The position numbers were made by a program, and so were the translations under genes. From positions 212,970,001-213,034,000 of the forward strand of contig OX597814.1 of the NCBI GenBank assembly GCA_951406725.2: a DNA stretch of 64,000 nt, read 5' to 3'. Origin of the DNA: Octopus vulgaris (taxonomy: Eukaryota). Numbering within the stretch: the stretch's first letter is position 1; each line of letters starts with the position of its first letter. This document shows positions 29,341 to 43,700 of the stretch, one piece after another. The notes under the pieces are model-generated. The model had not been told where the DNA came from, made no database searches, and was given only the letters and a program-made list of their open reading frames with translations.

Positions 29341-31397
29341 GGATTTCTCCATCTTGCTTTTGAAAACGTTTCTCTCGATGCGGTGTTATAATCATCCCGA
29401 GAAAGTGACTGATTTGGGCTGTTTCCTAAATATTTCTTGGTTATATTATTCCCAATAGAGGATTTGCTCCCTCTCTCGTTTAATGTAACGTCCGTTCTGG
29501 AGTTTTCAATCCCTACGGTACTAAGGAAAGATACCGAATTTCTTGCGTTGGGTAAATTTTACCAGTATGAGGCTGTATCACAATTTTCTTAAATGACTCT
29601 GGGATAAGTTATCTTTCCACCACAGAAAAATATAATTGGCAACAAATATGCTTTTTAACAGACGAGAAATGATGATATTATCTTTCAGTCACCGAACTCT
29701 ATTCGCTTTTAAATGTCGGCTCTAATTTCATAAACGATAATCGATGAAATTCCTGTGCTTCTGAGAACGCACTAGAAGCTCAACAATGCTAACATCGAAC
29801 AACTTCACCAACAAAAAGGTGATAATTTAGCCACTGCAGCTATAAAATGCAAACATTAAAGCCTCTTAAAACACCTAATATCGATAGAACTTCAACATTC
29901 GCAAAATTGAATATGAATGCGCTCCTCAACATACACTGGTCAGCTACTGAAACAACCGAAGTAAACTGTGAGGAAATATACAAGTTTAGCAAAACACGAT
30001 GCAGCTGAACGCATTCAGATTTTGTTAAGTTATAGAGAAACAGAAGCACAATGTCTATTGACTTGGAAAATGAAGCATGATAAGCAGCCGAAGCATTGAA
30101 GACTTGTAATGAAACACAAGTTTCGAGAGGCCATGGGTCAGCAACTACACAGTTCGGTTCCAAGTTACAGAGATTGCTATGTTATTTTTATAGCTGATCA
30201 GCTGTTGTCCATAAATGCAAGATTCGTTTATCCAGGTCAATAAGTTTGGCAAAGAGAAACCCAAAACCTCTTAGGCATAGTAGTAACTTTATAGCAGGCG
30301 TTGCCTGAAGTGTATTTTACAGCAGTTCGTCTAAACATTCTAACAATATGCTATCCTATATTGTACTTTATTGAATTCGAAGAACATAAAGTAAATTTGA
30401 TCAAGATCTGAATCCAGTACGCAATGAATAAGTAAAAATCTTACAAGTCATTCTACCTGTTACTTCATAAATTTTGTTACATTGCCTACATAAGTCGACC
30501 ATTCACAACATTACTGTATAATAAAATAACTGTAAAAACAAATCAATAAAAATAATACTTTATACTCAAAACAATGTGCATGATGTTTATAAATGCGAAA
30601 AGGCAGTCTCATTGAAACTTGCGTTACGAGAGAAAATAATTGAGATTTGATGCCTTCTGTGAAGGTTGTTCGTGTGTGTTGAACGCGCGGACGTGTCTCT
30701 ACGTTTTGTTTCCTAGTGAATTATAAGAGCTTCCTACTGTCTTGTCAACATAAAGGGACGTTAGAAATATACTTGATCGACGCTGTATATTTCGCTATAA
30801 ATGCAAATTTTGTTTTTAAACTCTGATAATGAACTTAAGACGTTTTATGGTGATAATACCATTTCTTCCAAACGAGCTATGTTGATGCTATATACAATAG
30901 GAGTTGAAAATGCACTGTGAATATTTATTTTTTATCATATTTAAATATTTAACAGGTTTCAAAGTTTATAGTGATTTTCAAAGGTTGAGATGGAAAGACG
31001 TGGGTTAACTGTCTTACTACTGACGAATATTTGAAACTTGTCCTAATATAATAGGGATCTTATGTCTTAAAATGGTATATGTTTTGTATAAGAATTGACT
31101 GGGACAGGATATTCACATGAGTGATCTTAGAAATTTCTGTGGGTTCCCTGCTACATCCGTGTGTTAATGTCACATGGGAACTTTTGTCTTCGTAAGTTAA
31201 GGTTGACACGGTTGAGTGAACATGTCTAGTGACACTACCAAACAATCAATGCTCTGAATATTTTCTGCCAAGTGTTATAGAGAATGATCACGGGATTAAG
31301 TTTAGAAACTTTTATTCGTTTCTCGCTGCATCCGTGCTTTAGTTGTCATGTGACAGTATATTTTATGTCGGAAATTAAGACTCAAAATATGTGTATG

Positions 31398-31440
<43 letters not shown>

Positions 31441-31454
31441 TAACAAATCTCTCT

Positions 31455-32190
31455 TTTTTCTATGGGCGCATGTAAGTATTTCACTTATTTCTTCTCGTTT
31501 TTTCTACTGAAGAGGAAAAAAATCTGAGATTAATTCCGAAATTGACTCAATATAGAAATAACGAACTTTTTTATTTAAAAAATTCTGTTGACTAGCTTCC
31601 CGATTTCAGTACAACGTATTTCTGTAGTGGGTATATAATATGTGGAAATTGACGATTTAATAGTCCGTTATCTGCATATTAGCATAGAGATAATTTTCTT
31701 TTGCCCTTGTTTATAAGTTGTTTATAATTTTAATCTTTAAAGGTTTAATTTGCTGCCACTTTTTGATGAAATATTTTCTGTAAAAATCTTCATCCTATAT
31801 TAGTAGTAGATTTATTACTATTCGTTATAGGGACTGGTAACCACTATAAGCTGTGGTGGAGAACAGTTCACACGTGTACTGAGGCTAGCCAAAGGGTTTT
31901 ATATTTAGATATAACTGGAGTACTTACATGCACTCATGACTTTTGCTTCGGCTTTTTTTTCCATGGGCACATGTAAGTATTTCATTTATTTCTTATCGTA
32001 TTTTCTATTGAAGAGGAAAAACCTATGAGATTAATTCCGAAATAGATTCAGTATAGAAATAACGAACTTTCTTTTTTTAAATTCTGTTGACTAGCTTCCC
32101 GATTTCAGTACAACATATTTCTGTAGTGGGTATATAATATGTGGAAATTGACGATTTAAAATTTTGCAAAGTAGTGGTTTTGTCTCGAAT
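31455..32190 (+). mobile_element. Non-autonomous HHR-bearing tandem element (retrozyme/PLE pLTR-like)
   Basis: About 205-bp direct repeats at 31455-31660 and 31955-32159, each with an HHR (second copy has TTGAAGA, C3U). No ORF; (TA)n on both sides. Confidence 0.75.
31495..31564 (+). ncRNA. Type I hammerhead ribozyme, canonical core
   Basis: tcgtt-t-tttcta CTGAAGA ggaa-aaa-aatc-tga-gatt-aa-ttcc GAAA ttg-act-caa TA^ tagaaa-t-aacga. Stems I (6+5 bp), II (4+4 bp, G10.1-C11.1) and III (4 bp) all pair; predicted cleavage after 31552. Confidence 0.85.
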
Positions 32191-32236
<46 letters not shown>

Positions 32237-32237
32237 A

Positions 32238-32293
<56 letters not shown>

Positions 32294-33884
32294 TATGTAT
32301 GTATGTATATAAGTGTACCTGAAATTAGGTATTCGTCATACAGTATTATGTTCATTGAGTTGAATTTGTAATTATCTATGTGTCCAGCAACCTACGGTCC
32401 AGTACAATGTGTATGTAGATCCCTAATCAGAGCAGCAGGAAGCACCATCATTGAAACCGAATGATGATCTGCTTAGGTGTGTGTCCATATACGTTGGAAA
32501 CATTCGCTAATGCAAGAAAGTTTTAGTGCGCATTTTTTTCTCATTAAACTTTATTTCTTATCTATGGAAAATGAAAAATAAAGGTAATTAGGTTACTAGA
32601 CGAAGTGTACATGTCTTACACAAGAACCCATCCTCTCAAATACTCATTCAAATATAATTAAGAGTATTTCATACATATGCGTAACATATTTCTGTTGCAT
32701 TCATATTCTCCCTAGGTCTTCTCTAAATTACGATTTCAGGTTATGTTAACTAAAGTTGCTCTAATTATTGAGGGAAAACGTGGTTGATCTATACTATATT
32801 TAATTCCAAATTTCAGTTCCATTCATTTGTATAAGCAACACATGTCAAAGATAAGTAAAGCTACAGTATATTTCTTAGGATTCAAGATATCTAAATTGAC
32901 AGAACAGAAATACTCAAGATCGCCAATCCTTTACAAAGATCAAAAATAGTAACATGCCATCATAGATCCCTTGTTGTTGATATAACTGAAGCACGTCGGT
33001 GGAGCTTCAGTTTGGTAGAGATAATAACTGTGACTTTCAATGTTAGAGATACATGAATTTTCCATAAATATAGCTATGATCCCTACTAATTAGCGAACTA
33101 TGTAAAAATAATAAATAAGTATTTATATCGCAATATTTATACAACTGAGGAAATCAAGAAACATGAAATGTTAGTGTATGCTCTGAAATCGAAAGGTTTA
33201 GATAACCTGCAGTACGTAATTTCTTTCACCTGAATTTTAAATTGTTTCTCTTTCGATATTACGTGTAGTAATACCACTGCTCCTGAGTACCACATGAAAT
33301 AGCATTCACATTCAGGTCTACTTTTTCGAAAAATGCCTGTGAGCTAGGGAGTCAAGAATGCTACTGTAGATTTCACAACTTTCCGCCAGTGTAATGCATC
33401 TATTTCAGCGTTACTCATTTTGATCCACGCAAGTTATCCTAGAACATTCGTGTACACGATAGCAATTCTTCGTGTCCAAAGATCATAAGGATGAATGATC
33501 GCCTATACAAGTAGTAGATGCTGCAACTATCAATACCATCTGGTAACTGTCGTTTTCGTCACTTCACCATCATTGAAAATTATTTTTCCATATTGAGTTT
33601 CTGTCAAACGTAAATGGGTTCCTCTCTTTGGCACATACGCTTATCCACATAACAAAAATTGGCGTCAACAAAATGTTTTGTTTGTAATGTTAATAAAACG
33701 TACGTGCAAATAATTTTGAGTCGTGTTTCGGTTTCTGATGTCTTAAGGTTGCATGAACAATAACTTTATTGCATGTGCTGCACATATTGCATGTATTGCT
33801 TGATTTTTCATTGGTTTGGAATAAAGAGCGTTCGTTTATGGAAACGATCGTAATGTCGAATCAAATTTCTCTTTTCCATAATTA

Positions 33885-34360
33885 GATTATTATTAGTTCT
33901 CATTATCACAGATTTTGTTGGAGCTCTTGGAGACTTACATGCGTAGCGAACTTGCTACCTGCAGCCTCCATACCATGCTATACGCTCTTTTACGCTTCCT
34001 GATTATTCTGGCGGTATCAAGGAGGCAAACTTTTGTAAAGGTTCCCTTGGGTATTCTATTCCAATTTCTTTTATATTCCTCTTGATGCCTTCTGATACCA
34101 TCTGATGCCTTCTGATACACAAGGACCCAAAACTAATGGGCACTATCTTCACCTACTTCATTATCCATAGCTGGGCTATTTTGTACTTAAGAGGGTTGTA
34201 TCTATTTATCTTTCCGCCTTCCTTCTTGACTATTTTGTGGGTCAAATGGGCATGCATCATCAACTACATAGCATATGTGTTGTACCTTGTCCACCACCAC
34301 TAGGTACGGTCTGTTAATCTCTAGCACCTGATCTGTTTGGATTAGGAAATCCAGATGCGG
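33885..34360 (-). mobile_element. R4/Dong-like RLE fragment
   Basis: DFLIQTDQVLEINRPYLVVVDK..VVDDACPFD..LQKVCLLDTARIIRK; lies next to (TTC)n(TTA)n. Confidence 0.8.
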
Positions 34361-34469
34361 CTCAGCTGAGATACTTGCTTATTCCTATGGCTGACCTTTC
34401 AGCTCGTGGCCAAAATGTGGTCTTGCGCTGCCAGTTAGTGTATTTTTCTTCTTCTTCTTCTTCTTCTTC

Positions 34470-34513
<44 letters not shown>

Positions 34514-34629
34514 CATTGTTCGCCTAATAAAGTTCGTATTCCATGTTTTCGTATTTCTTATTTCATGTTGTTTACGTTTTATGATGTCTTGTACCCATAT
34601 ATGCATATGCATATACATACATATGTATA

Positions 34630-34681
<52 letters not shown>

Positions 34682-35294
34682 TGTATGTGTATATGCATAT
34701 ACAGATATATACTTGTATATGCATATACAGATATATACTTTATATATATATATATATATGTATAAATATATATATATAATGCGTACGCACATACATATAC
34801 TGTATGTGTGTGTGTGAGCGAGTGTGAATATGCATGGAAGTATTGCATACATATACCCCGCAGTTATGCCAAATAAAAAAAAATGATAATTACTAGTATT
34901 ATTGTTGTGCTATTTTATTACTCCCATGCAGCGTCACTTGTACTTTTATGGTGGGGAGAGTAGTCCTTTTTGTTGGTTTTTTGTTTCCTTTGTTTTTTAT
35001 GCGGGATTTGGTAATTCTCAGCTGGGAAATGTAAACAATTACTGTTTACATTTTTTCACTTCGGCAAACGAGATAATAAACACACATTTAATGCAAAGTA
35101 TAAAAGGGAAACGAAAATTAATATTAAAATTCCGACAAAATTGTATACTTTATTTTTTTATGTATGTAGATGCTTCTTTCCATCATCTGAAGACTCGTTT
35201 GTGTTTCCATTATCTGAATACTTGTATATTTCATTAATATATATAATGGACATGTAATGCTATTTTATGTGTATGTGCACACACACACACACAC

Positions 35295-35328
<34 letters not shown>

Positions 35329-35394
35329 ACACACACATACACACACACACACATATATATATATATTTATTTATATATACATATATATATATAC

Positions 35395-35514
<120 letters not shown>

Positions 35515-35621
35515 CATATTTTTTCTCTCTAGTTTCAGCTCAGAGCTGCAGCCATGCTGTTATACATAAATATACATATTATACATGTATATCATACATT
35601 TTTATTATACATATATATTTT

Positions 35622-35700
<79 letters not shown>

Positions 35701-36274
35701 TAGCTAACGCAGTCAATAATTATGAATCGATTTTTCAAATATCATGACGTATATTTATTGTACATGTAACTATATAATCCACTTACATACATAAATTTTA
35801 GTGTCGTTTTAAAGATATTTATGTTACTTTAAATTTTCTTTCATATTTCATTTGTTTCCCTGAAGTTAATGAGAGAGGACATTTGAAAAACTATTCTAAA
35901 TATGATAGTAATGATGCTAAACAAAAATGATGTTGTGAGTATTGCCTACACAAAAGGGAAATGTGGAAAATTGGAATGAAGGACAAATCGTTTATTTGTT
36001 ATTTTTATCCCCATAGTACTTGGTAATTTATATATTAATGTCCATTAAACTTTATTTTTTTTTGGTATATACCTATTCTTTATCCGTGTGTGCGTTTTCT
36101 GCATTAATGCCATTTGTTTGCTATATACCCATTGTTTGCTATATACCCATAGTTAAATATGTGAGAGTGCATGATTGTGTTCATATGTATGTGACTTTGG
36201 GAGCTTTGGGTAAGAGGAATATATAGACGAAGAGGTAAATTGATAGATATAGACACATATACAGACGCATCGAA

Positions 36275-36687
<413 letters not shown>

Positions 36688-38870
36688 CTGAAACTACACC
36701 ATGTTTACGTTACTTCAATATATTTCCGTTGAAAATAAGAAATCGAAAATCTTATGTTATCAAACAGTTCATATTCAATATTTACATTAGAATGTATACA
36801 TATATATAATTTTGTCAAACAGTTTCGTCACATAAAACAACGAAACTTTTTCCTTCTTTTGCTGCTTCGTTTGTTTGCCACACTTTTCAAACCATTTGAT
36901 ATTTTAAGTGACGATGTGCTGCTACGATTCTAAAGCAAAACGTGAACATTATTCGTATGTTTGTGAAAGCGACATTAGCTATATTTCCATTCTTTTGATC
37001 ATAAAACAATTAACTCTGAAAGTTTGCCTTTCCTTCTATTGAAATGTATAATATCCGTGATCAATGCCAGAACAAAGAGTGTGTAGATTTGCATCTTCTT
37101 TTCGTAAGTACGCTTATTGATGTGAAATTAACTTTGTTACTTATATTGCTTTTATATTTTCAACATTATGCACAACTTTAAATGGAGCGGATCTTCAGAC
37201 AATTAACATTAAATGGACCATATTTGGTATAATTTTCTCATTAAATTGCGTAAAAGAGCAATCTGCGACAAACAAACTGAAATCAGTTGTAAAACATTTT
37301 GATCGATCGCTGAAACATTGTCTATAATTAACCTGATAGCGGTTGTTTTCTTACATTCGTGATAACGAAAACATTTGTTGCCAATGATATGATCAAGCTT
37401 TGTAAATATTTGTATATTTAGTTATCATTAAAAATATGTATCAATACTTCCAGATCAAGTAGCGATCAAAAGCATAGTTAACGTTGTGTTACCAAAGTAT
37501 AGATATGTTTACGTTTATGGCGGAATCTCAACAGTACATCGAAAATTAATTACTTTTTTATTTGCCAAACTAGTATGAAATGTCAAGCATACTATATAGC
37601 CTGAGAATAAAACTATAAATAATTGTGGTTTGCAATTCCCTATCGATAAAAGGAATCATTTGAGACTCAGGGAACGCGAATAGCATCGAAATAAAAAAAG
37701 GCTAGTGTGTTTGGCCTTCATAGAAATATGTTAGTATCCGTACCACAGAATCTTACGTTAGTGAGTGTTTCTGTTTAAAGCTGGGAGTAAGCTAGTCTTC
37801 TTTGCCCCAGAGATACCGGCTGAAACTACCGGGAATTGAATCTGAATATTTATTTGCTCCGAACTTTTGACGTTCCTGTTGATTTCCCTATAAATAGTTT
37901 TCAGCATCTGCAGTTAATATCAAAGTAACCACATGGCAGTCTGCACCGCAGTATTTGACTGCTTCAGGTCGCGTGCTAACACTTTATTCAGTTTCTGAGT
38001 TTCTACATATATATATATATATGTGGGAGGGGATTGTGCGTGTACGAGTGTGTACATGTGATTTGCTTGTGTGCGACTGTGTGTACGAGTATATGTGTGA
38101 GTCTGTAAGTGTGTGAGTGTATGTACGTGTGTGACAAAGACACAAACAGAGAGTAAGAAGAATTGAGTCTCTCTCTCTGGCTCTCACTTCCTCTCTGTCC
38201 CCTATCTCGCTCTCTCTCTCTATTTCTCTCTCACTTTCAGCGCATATCTGTTTGTTTATAATGATCAATTATTCCAACACTTCTAATAGTAATAGAGTTT
38301 ATAGATTAAAACGCTTTCTGTGTACAACACCTCCGAAAAATCATTATTTCATAATGTAATATTTTTAAACCTGTATTTAACAGTTTAAAATGTAAACTTC
38401 ACATATCACTGCAGTTGGTTATTTATACATTGGCGTGGTATTTTTGAATGTATACCTTTACAGTAAACACATTATGTGTGGAAAGTAATTATATAAAAAG
38501 CTTTTAAAATCTCTTTTATCTTTTCTCTTTTACACACATTCACAGAATGGTAAAATTATTTTTGTGATATTTCGCTAGAATCCGATGGTTAAAAAGAAAT
38601 AATGCTTTAGTTAAATAAAAGTTCGTATACAAAGACATTTTTTCAATATTATATTTTGTATTTATATAGTAACCCGTGGTACGTAAGCATGTATATATGT
38701 ACTTGTGTATGTGTGTGTGTATGTGTGTGCGTGCGTGTGTATGTGTGTTTATTAATATAAATATATATAGAGAGAGAAAGAGAGACATGTAGATGATAGG
38801 TAGATAGATAGATAGGTAGATATATAGATAGACAGTCAGACAGATAGATAGATAAATAGATATATAGATA

Positions 38871-39685
38871 TGTTTGTTTATTAGCCACACAGGGCTGCAC
38901 ACAGACAGGACAAATTACAAGGTAGAGCTTTTCTTTTGGGGGTAAAAAAAAGGTGGTTTGGTTTTCGATCAAAAAGGATCGTAAAAGGAAGGAAAGAGGA
39001 CAAAAAAGGGGAGAATAAAATTTTTAAAAAGGGGGCGAAGGGAAAGGAAAAAAAATTGATCAATAGGGATCGTTATCACAGAAATGTCAATATGTAAAGG
39101 GGAGGACAGGTGAGGTTTACCCGTGGAAAGAGAAGCCTACGGAAAAGACCACGGTAACCTCGGTCAATGAAGTCACATGTTATAAATCTTTTTTTGTATT
39201 TGCAAATAAGCAACTCTCTGTATTAATTTTTACGGTTCATAGAATCATAGACAAAGTGGCTTCATCATTCATACGTGCCATCCTTGCTACATTCACCCAT
39301 CTTTTTTTTAAACATTCACAAGACAAAACTTGCCTCTCTATTCTCACTTTCCTCTTCAAGTGATACTTGAAGAAGTTGATGAGAGATTGACCAGAGAGGA
39401 AAGTGTTTGTCTCTAATCCTTTCAGGCGCGTCCACCAGATACATTCTTTCGCCATAGCCACAAGTATGATAAAAATAGCTCTTCCTTCCCGTTTGAAGGA
39501 AGGAGGCGCGATGATATTAACGATAGACTCGGCTGATAAACCGACACGTCCCACACGTGACAGCAGTCGTTCGACATAAGCCCACAGGTCGGAGATTGTT
39601 GGACACTGCACGATTGCGTGCAGAGCGGTTTCGTCGCTCTGCCCGCATCTCGGGCAGGTCGGCCCCGTGTTTCTCGAGCCATGCC
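38871..39685 (-). mobile_element. Tx1/L1-like LINE 3' end (ORF2 C-terminus + 3' UTR) in (GATA)n
   Basis: CPRCGQSDETALHAIVQC (Cx2Cx8Hx4C, zf-RVT) ..AMAKECIWWTR..KKRW..*. The 3' end gcagccctgtgtggctaataaac runs into (TATC)n. Confidence 0.85.
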
Positions 39686-39686
39686 T

Positions 39687-39724
<38 letters not shown>

Positions 39725-39744
39725 CGATAGATAGATATATATAT

Positions 39745-39830
<86 letters not shown>

Positions 39831-39832
<2 letters not shown>

Positions 39833-40004
39833 GTTTCTTTATTGGTCACACAGGGCTGCACACAGATGGGACAAGTTACAAGGTAGAGCTTTTCTTTTGG
39901 GTGATGAAAAAAAGGGGGTGGCGTAGGTTTTCGATCAAGAGGGATCGTAAAAGGGAAGAAAAGAACAAAAAAAAATGAAAAAATAAATAGAATAAAAAAT
40001 AAAA
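39831..40004 (-). mobile_element. Same Tx1-like family, 3' UTR only
   Basis: Homologous to 38871-39040; (GATA)n on both sides. Confidence 0.85.
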
Positions 40005-40048
40005 AGATAGATAGATAGATAGGTAGATAGACAGATAGACAGACAGGC

Positions 40049-40148
<100 letters not shown>

Positions 40149-40551
40149 CCGTCATGTGTATGTATGGAAATGACATAGGCACTAGATTTACTATTTTGTA
40201 TTAGATTTTATCTTTAACCCAAATTTATATGACGGTTTCCAATTCAGGAAAGTAATTTTGTGCAGAGTAACAATTAGAGGCTAATGGGAAATATGGTTAA
40301 TTACCTTTGATACTATTGCTCACGAAAATTTTACTTTAGATACATCGAAAAACAAATAGTGGAAATAATCCTACTTCATATATGTAATTGTATATTTCTT
40401 CAAAGATTATTCATATATTCTTCATTACGCGCACAAATACAAGACATATGTACACGCGCTCCACACTTGCACACACTTATACATACATGAGGAAGGCCCC
40501 TGTTAGGGGCTTTGGAGCTTTAAGTAGCACGGAATTCGGTATAAAACTCTT

Positions 40552-40608
<57 letters not shown>

Positions 40609-40693
40609 CGTATATGTGTCGATTCTGTTCTTTGATGATTCTGGAAATGTGGTTTATATAAACAAATTGTTTGCTTCTTTCAGTGGGACATAA

Positions 40694-40736
40694 ACATTCT
40701 GATGAAAAATATTAAGTTCCGAAAATCGATTAAAGC
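40694..40736 (+). ncRNA. Degenerate minimal hammerhead motif
   Basis: CTGATGA aaaatattaagttcc GAAA atcgat TA aagc. Core and palindromic stem III are intact; stems I and II are mutated. Confidence 0.4.
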
Positions 40737-40776
40737 TGCACACACACACACACACACATATATATATACATATATA

Positions 40777-40826
<50 letters not shown>

Positions 40827-42064
40827 TATATATATACGTAGGGGCTTTCAGTAAAGTTCCCGATTTCGCAGACATGATTACAATCTATTTTGCATGGACG
40901 CACTTGATATTTTAAGAAGTAAATTTCGATAAAGTATAAAAAGTATAAATCGATTGAGTTGCTAATTCGTTGACCTCACCCGGTTGACAAACCGTTTTTG
41001 AGGATTCCGTTTTTGTCACTTATGTATTGCACTATACTATAGTGTAAAACTGCAAATGTGTTTCTTTCAATAGCGCATAATTTCTTACCTCTACTATCAT
41101 CTTCCTATATTTATCCAATATAATGATCTTAACCACTCTCTAGAACTCTAATTATATATCAATTATTTATTAATTACTCATTAATTATACGGATATTTAT
41201 TCATTTAATTATTGCCCGGTTCTTAACTGACGTATCATTTCCCATTACAAATTTACATTTCCCTATTTCACTATTATATAGCTCCGTTTAATGAAAGATT
41301 ATTTTTATCGTTATTATTCACTATTTATATTATTTTATGCTATGTTATTTTAGTACTGAATCATGATATTTGGGCTTTCATTTCTCTTGCCGTTCTCCAT
41401 ATAAAGCAAAATTAATCAATCCCTTTAATTTTACGTCTTTATATCTTTCAATAATTTTCTATCTTTCTATTATTCATGATCATCTTCAATTTATCTATCT
41501 CAGCTTTCAAATTTCCTTAACCTTTCTCATGTTATCTAACACATATTGAGGTTAATCCTGATGTAGTCACATTTACTACTGAGTTTTGTAGATGCCATTG
41601 TGTTTACTACTACCCAAATTGAAATACCATCGTCTTTACTTTAAAAAGAACTAGCTACATTATATGTTCCTTGTCTCACCTAACGTTTTATGTCTGACAT
41701 CCGATTTCATTTATGAAGTAGTCCTTCCTTTGGTCAATTATTCAAGTACCTTTCTATAGGCTTCTCCGTATAATAAATTACACACAGCAACATCTTAAGT
41801 CATTCCCATACATTGTATTTAGAAAGATATTCATGATAACGCAAAAGTATTGTATCTTTTGGAAGGTCGTAATGGGATAACAAAACTGTAGCATTTAATA
41901 TCTAATGAAATTACATAATCATCGTTTGTTTTATTTTCTACTCTAGGCACAAGGCCCGAATTATCGTTTATAATGGTTCCAGCATATATGTTTTATATAA
42001 TCCATTATCTACAATCGAGGACGGGTAATAAATTTGATACCAATGCTGTCATATACGTATTCAC

Positions 42065-42198
<134 letters not shown>

Positions 42199-42720
42199 TG
42201 TTTCTTTATTAGCCACACAGGGCTGCACACAGATAGAACAAATTACAAGGTAGAGCTTTTCTTTTGAAGGTTTAAAAAAAAAAAAAAGCAAGGGGGGAGT
42301 TTCGATCAAACGGGATCGTAAAAGGAGAGAAAGAGGACAAAAAAAGGGGAGTTAAAAAAAAGGGGGGAAAGGAAAAAAATTGATCAATAGGGATCGTTAT
42401 CACAGAAATGTCAATACGAAGTGTAAAGGGGAGGACAGGTGAGGTTTACCCGTGGAAAGAAAAGCCTACGGAAAAGACCACGGTAACCTCGGTCAATGGA
42501 GTCACATGTTATATTTCTTCTTTTTTTTTTTGCAAATAAACAACTCTCTGTTTTCAATTTCTGGGTTCATAGGATTATGTTCATAGGATTCGTCATTCAT
42601 ACGTGCCATTCTTGCTACATTCACCCATCTTTTTTTAAAACATTCGCTAGACAAAACTTGCCTCTCTACTCTCACTTTCCTTTTCAAGTGGTACTTGAAT
42701 AAGTTGTACCACTTGAAAAG
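42199..42720 (-). mobile_element. Same Tx1-like family, 5'-truncated
   Basis: FKYHLKRKVRVERQVLSSECFKKRWVNVARMARMND plus 3' UTR; (GATA)n on both sides. Confidence 0.85.
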
Positions 42721-42722
42721 AC

Positions 42723-42823
<101 letters not shown>

Positions 42824-42883
42824 TACACACAGACGTACACACACATACGCACGCACGCGCACACACATGTATATAGGTATAAA

Positions 42884-43443
42884 TATAAGGACAAGCAAAG
42901 TAGGCAAGTTGATATAACAAAAATATTAAATACATTTAATAGAAAAAATGTAGATATGTGTACATTAAGGAAGTCTGACATACGCAGAATAGCGACGGTA
43001 TCAGGAATTAATGGGATCAAGTAAGAGTTTTACGAGTCCAACACCTGTTTCTGGGGGCTGATGGTCCAAAGTAATGATTGTAACTTATTTTCCATCATTA
43101 GATAACACCAGGTTCTCTCTTCAGGTGTTGAGAGCTCTCCACAAAATCATTCCATCTTTAAACTCCATTATGTCAACACCTCAAATGTTAACTCTTTCCT
43201 GAAGATGTAGGTTGATGATCCAATGATGGAATCAAGTTACGATCATCATTATTTTGGACCACCAAGCCCCAAGAAACAACTGTTGGACTAGTAAAACTCT
43301 TACTGAACACTTTTAATTCCTGATATCATCACTACTCTGTGGAAGTCAGACTTTCTTATATGTATACATATGTACATATTTTATATTAAATGCATTTAAT
43401 ATTTTTTGTATATCGACTTACCTAACTTGCTTGTCCTTACATT
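42884..43443. repeat. Imperfect ~240-bp inverted repeat of two HHR-like units
   Basis: 42884-43125 vs 43198-43443, roughly 80% identical by eye. Each arm has CTGAAGA-66/67 nt-GAAAC-x4-GTT-GGA pointing outward. Confidence 0.85.
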
Positions 43444-43541
43444 TACTCCTCTACCTCCTCAAAACTCTTGAGCACTACGAGGTGTATTCTATACAGAGAA
43501 TGCCTGTCTCTAATCTATAAACTATATACATTTATATATAT

Positions 43542-43575
<34 letters not shown>

Positions 43576-43636
43576 ATATATATATATATTATATATCATA
43601 TATATATTATAATATATATATATATATATAATAATA

Positions 43637-43700
<64 letters not shown>

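Noticed and set aside
31014-31050. CTGACGA..GAAACTTGTC hammerhead-like core
   Set aside because: Stems I and II do not pair. The candidates at ~10850, ~33146 and ~55610(-) fail for the same reason.
33150-33700. Possible Tc1 transposase remnant (also 29340-29700 and 47950-48330)
   Set aside because: Only scattered residues resemble DDE motifs; cannot be supported without a profile search.
39670-39685. 15-nt identity (ggcatggctcgagaa) between the Tx1 5' junction and the SINE C tail at ~63028
   Set aside because: In the LINE it is in-frame coding sequence (HGSRN) before the zinc knuckle; likely coincidence.
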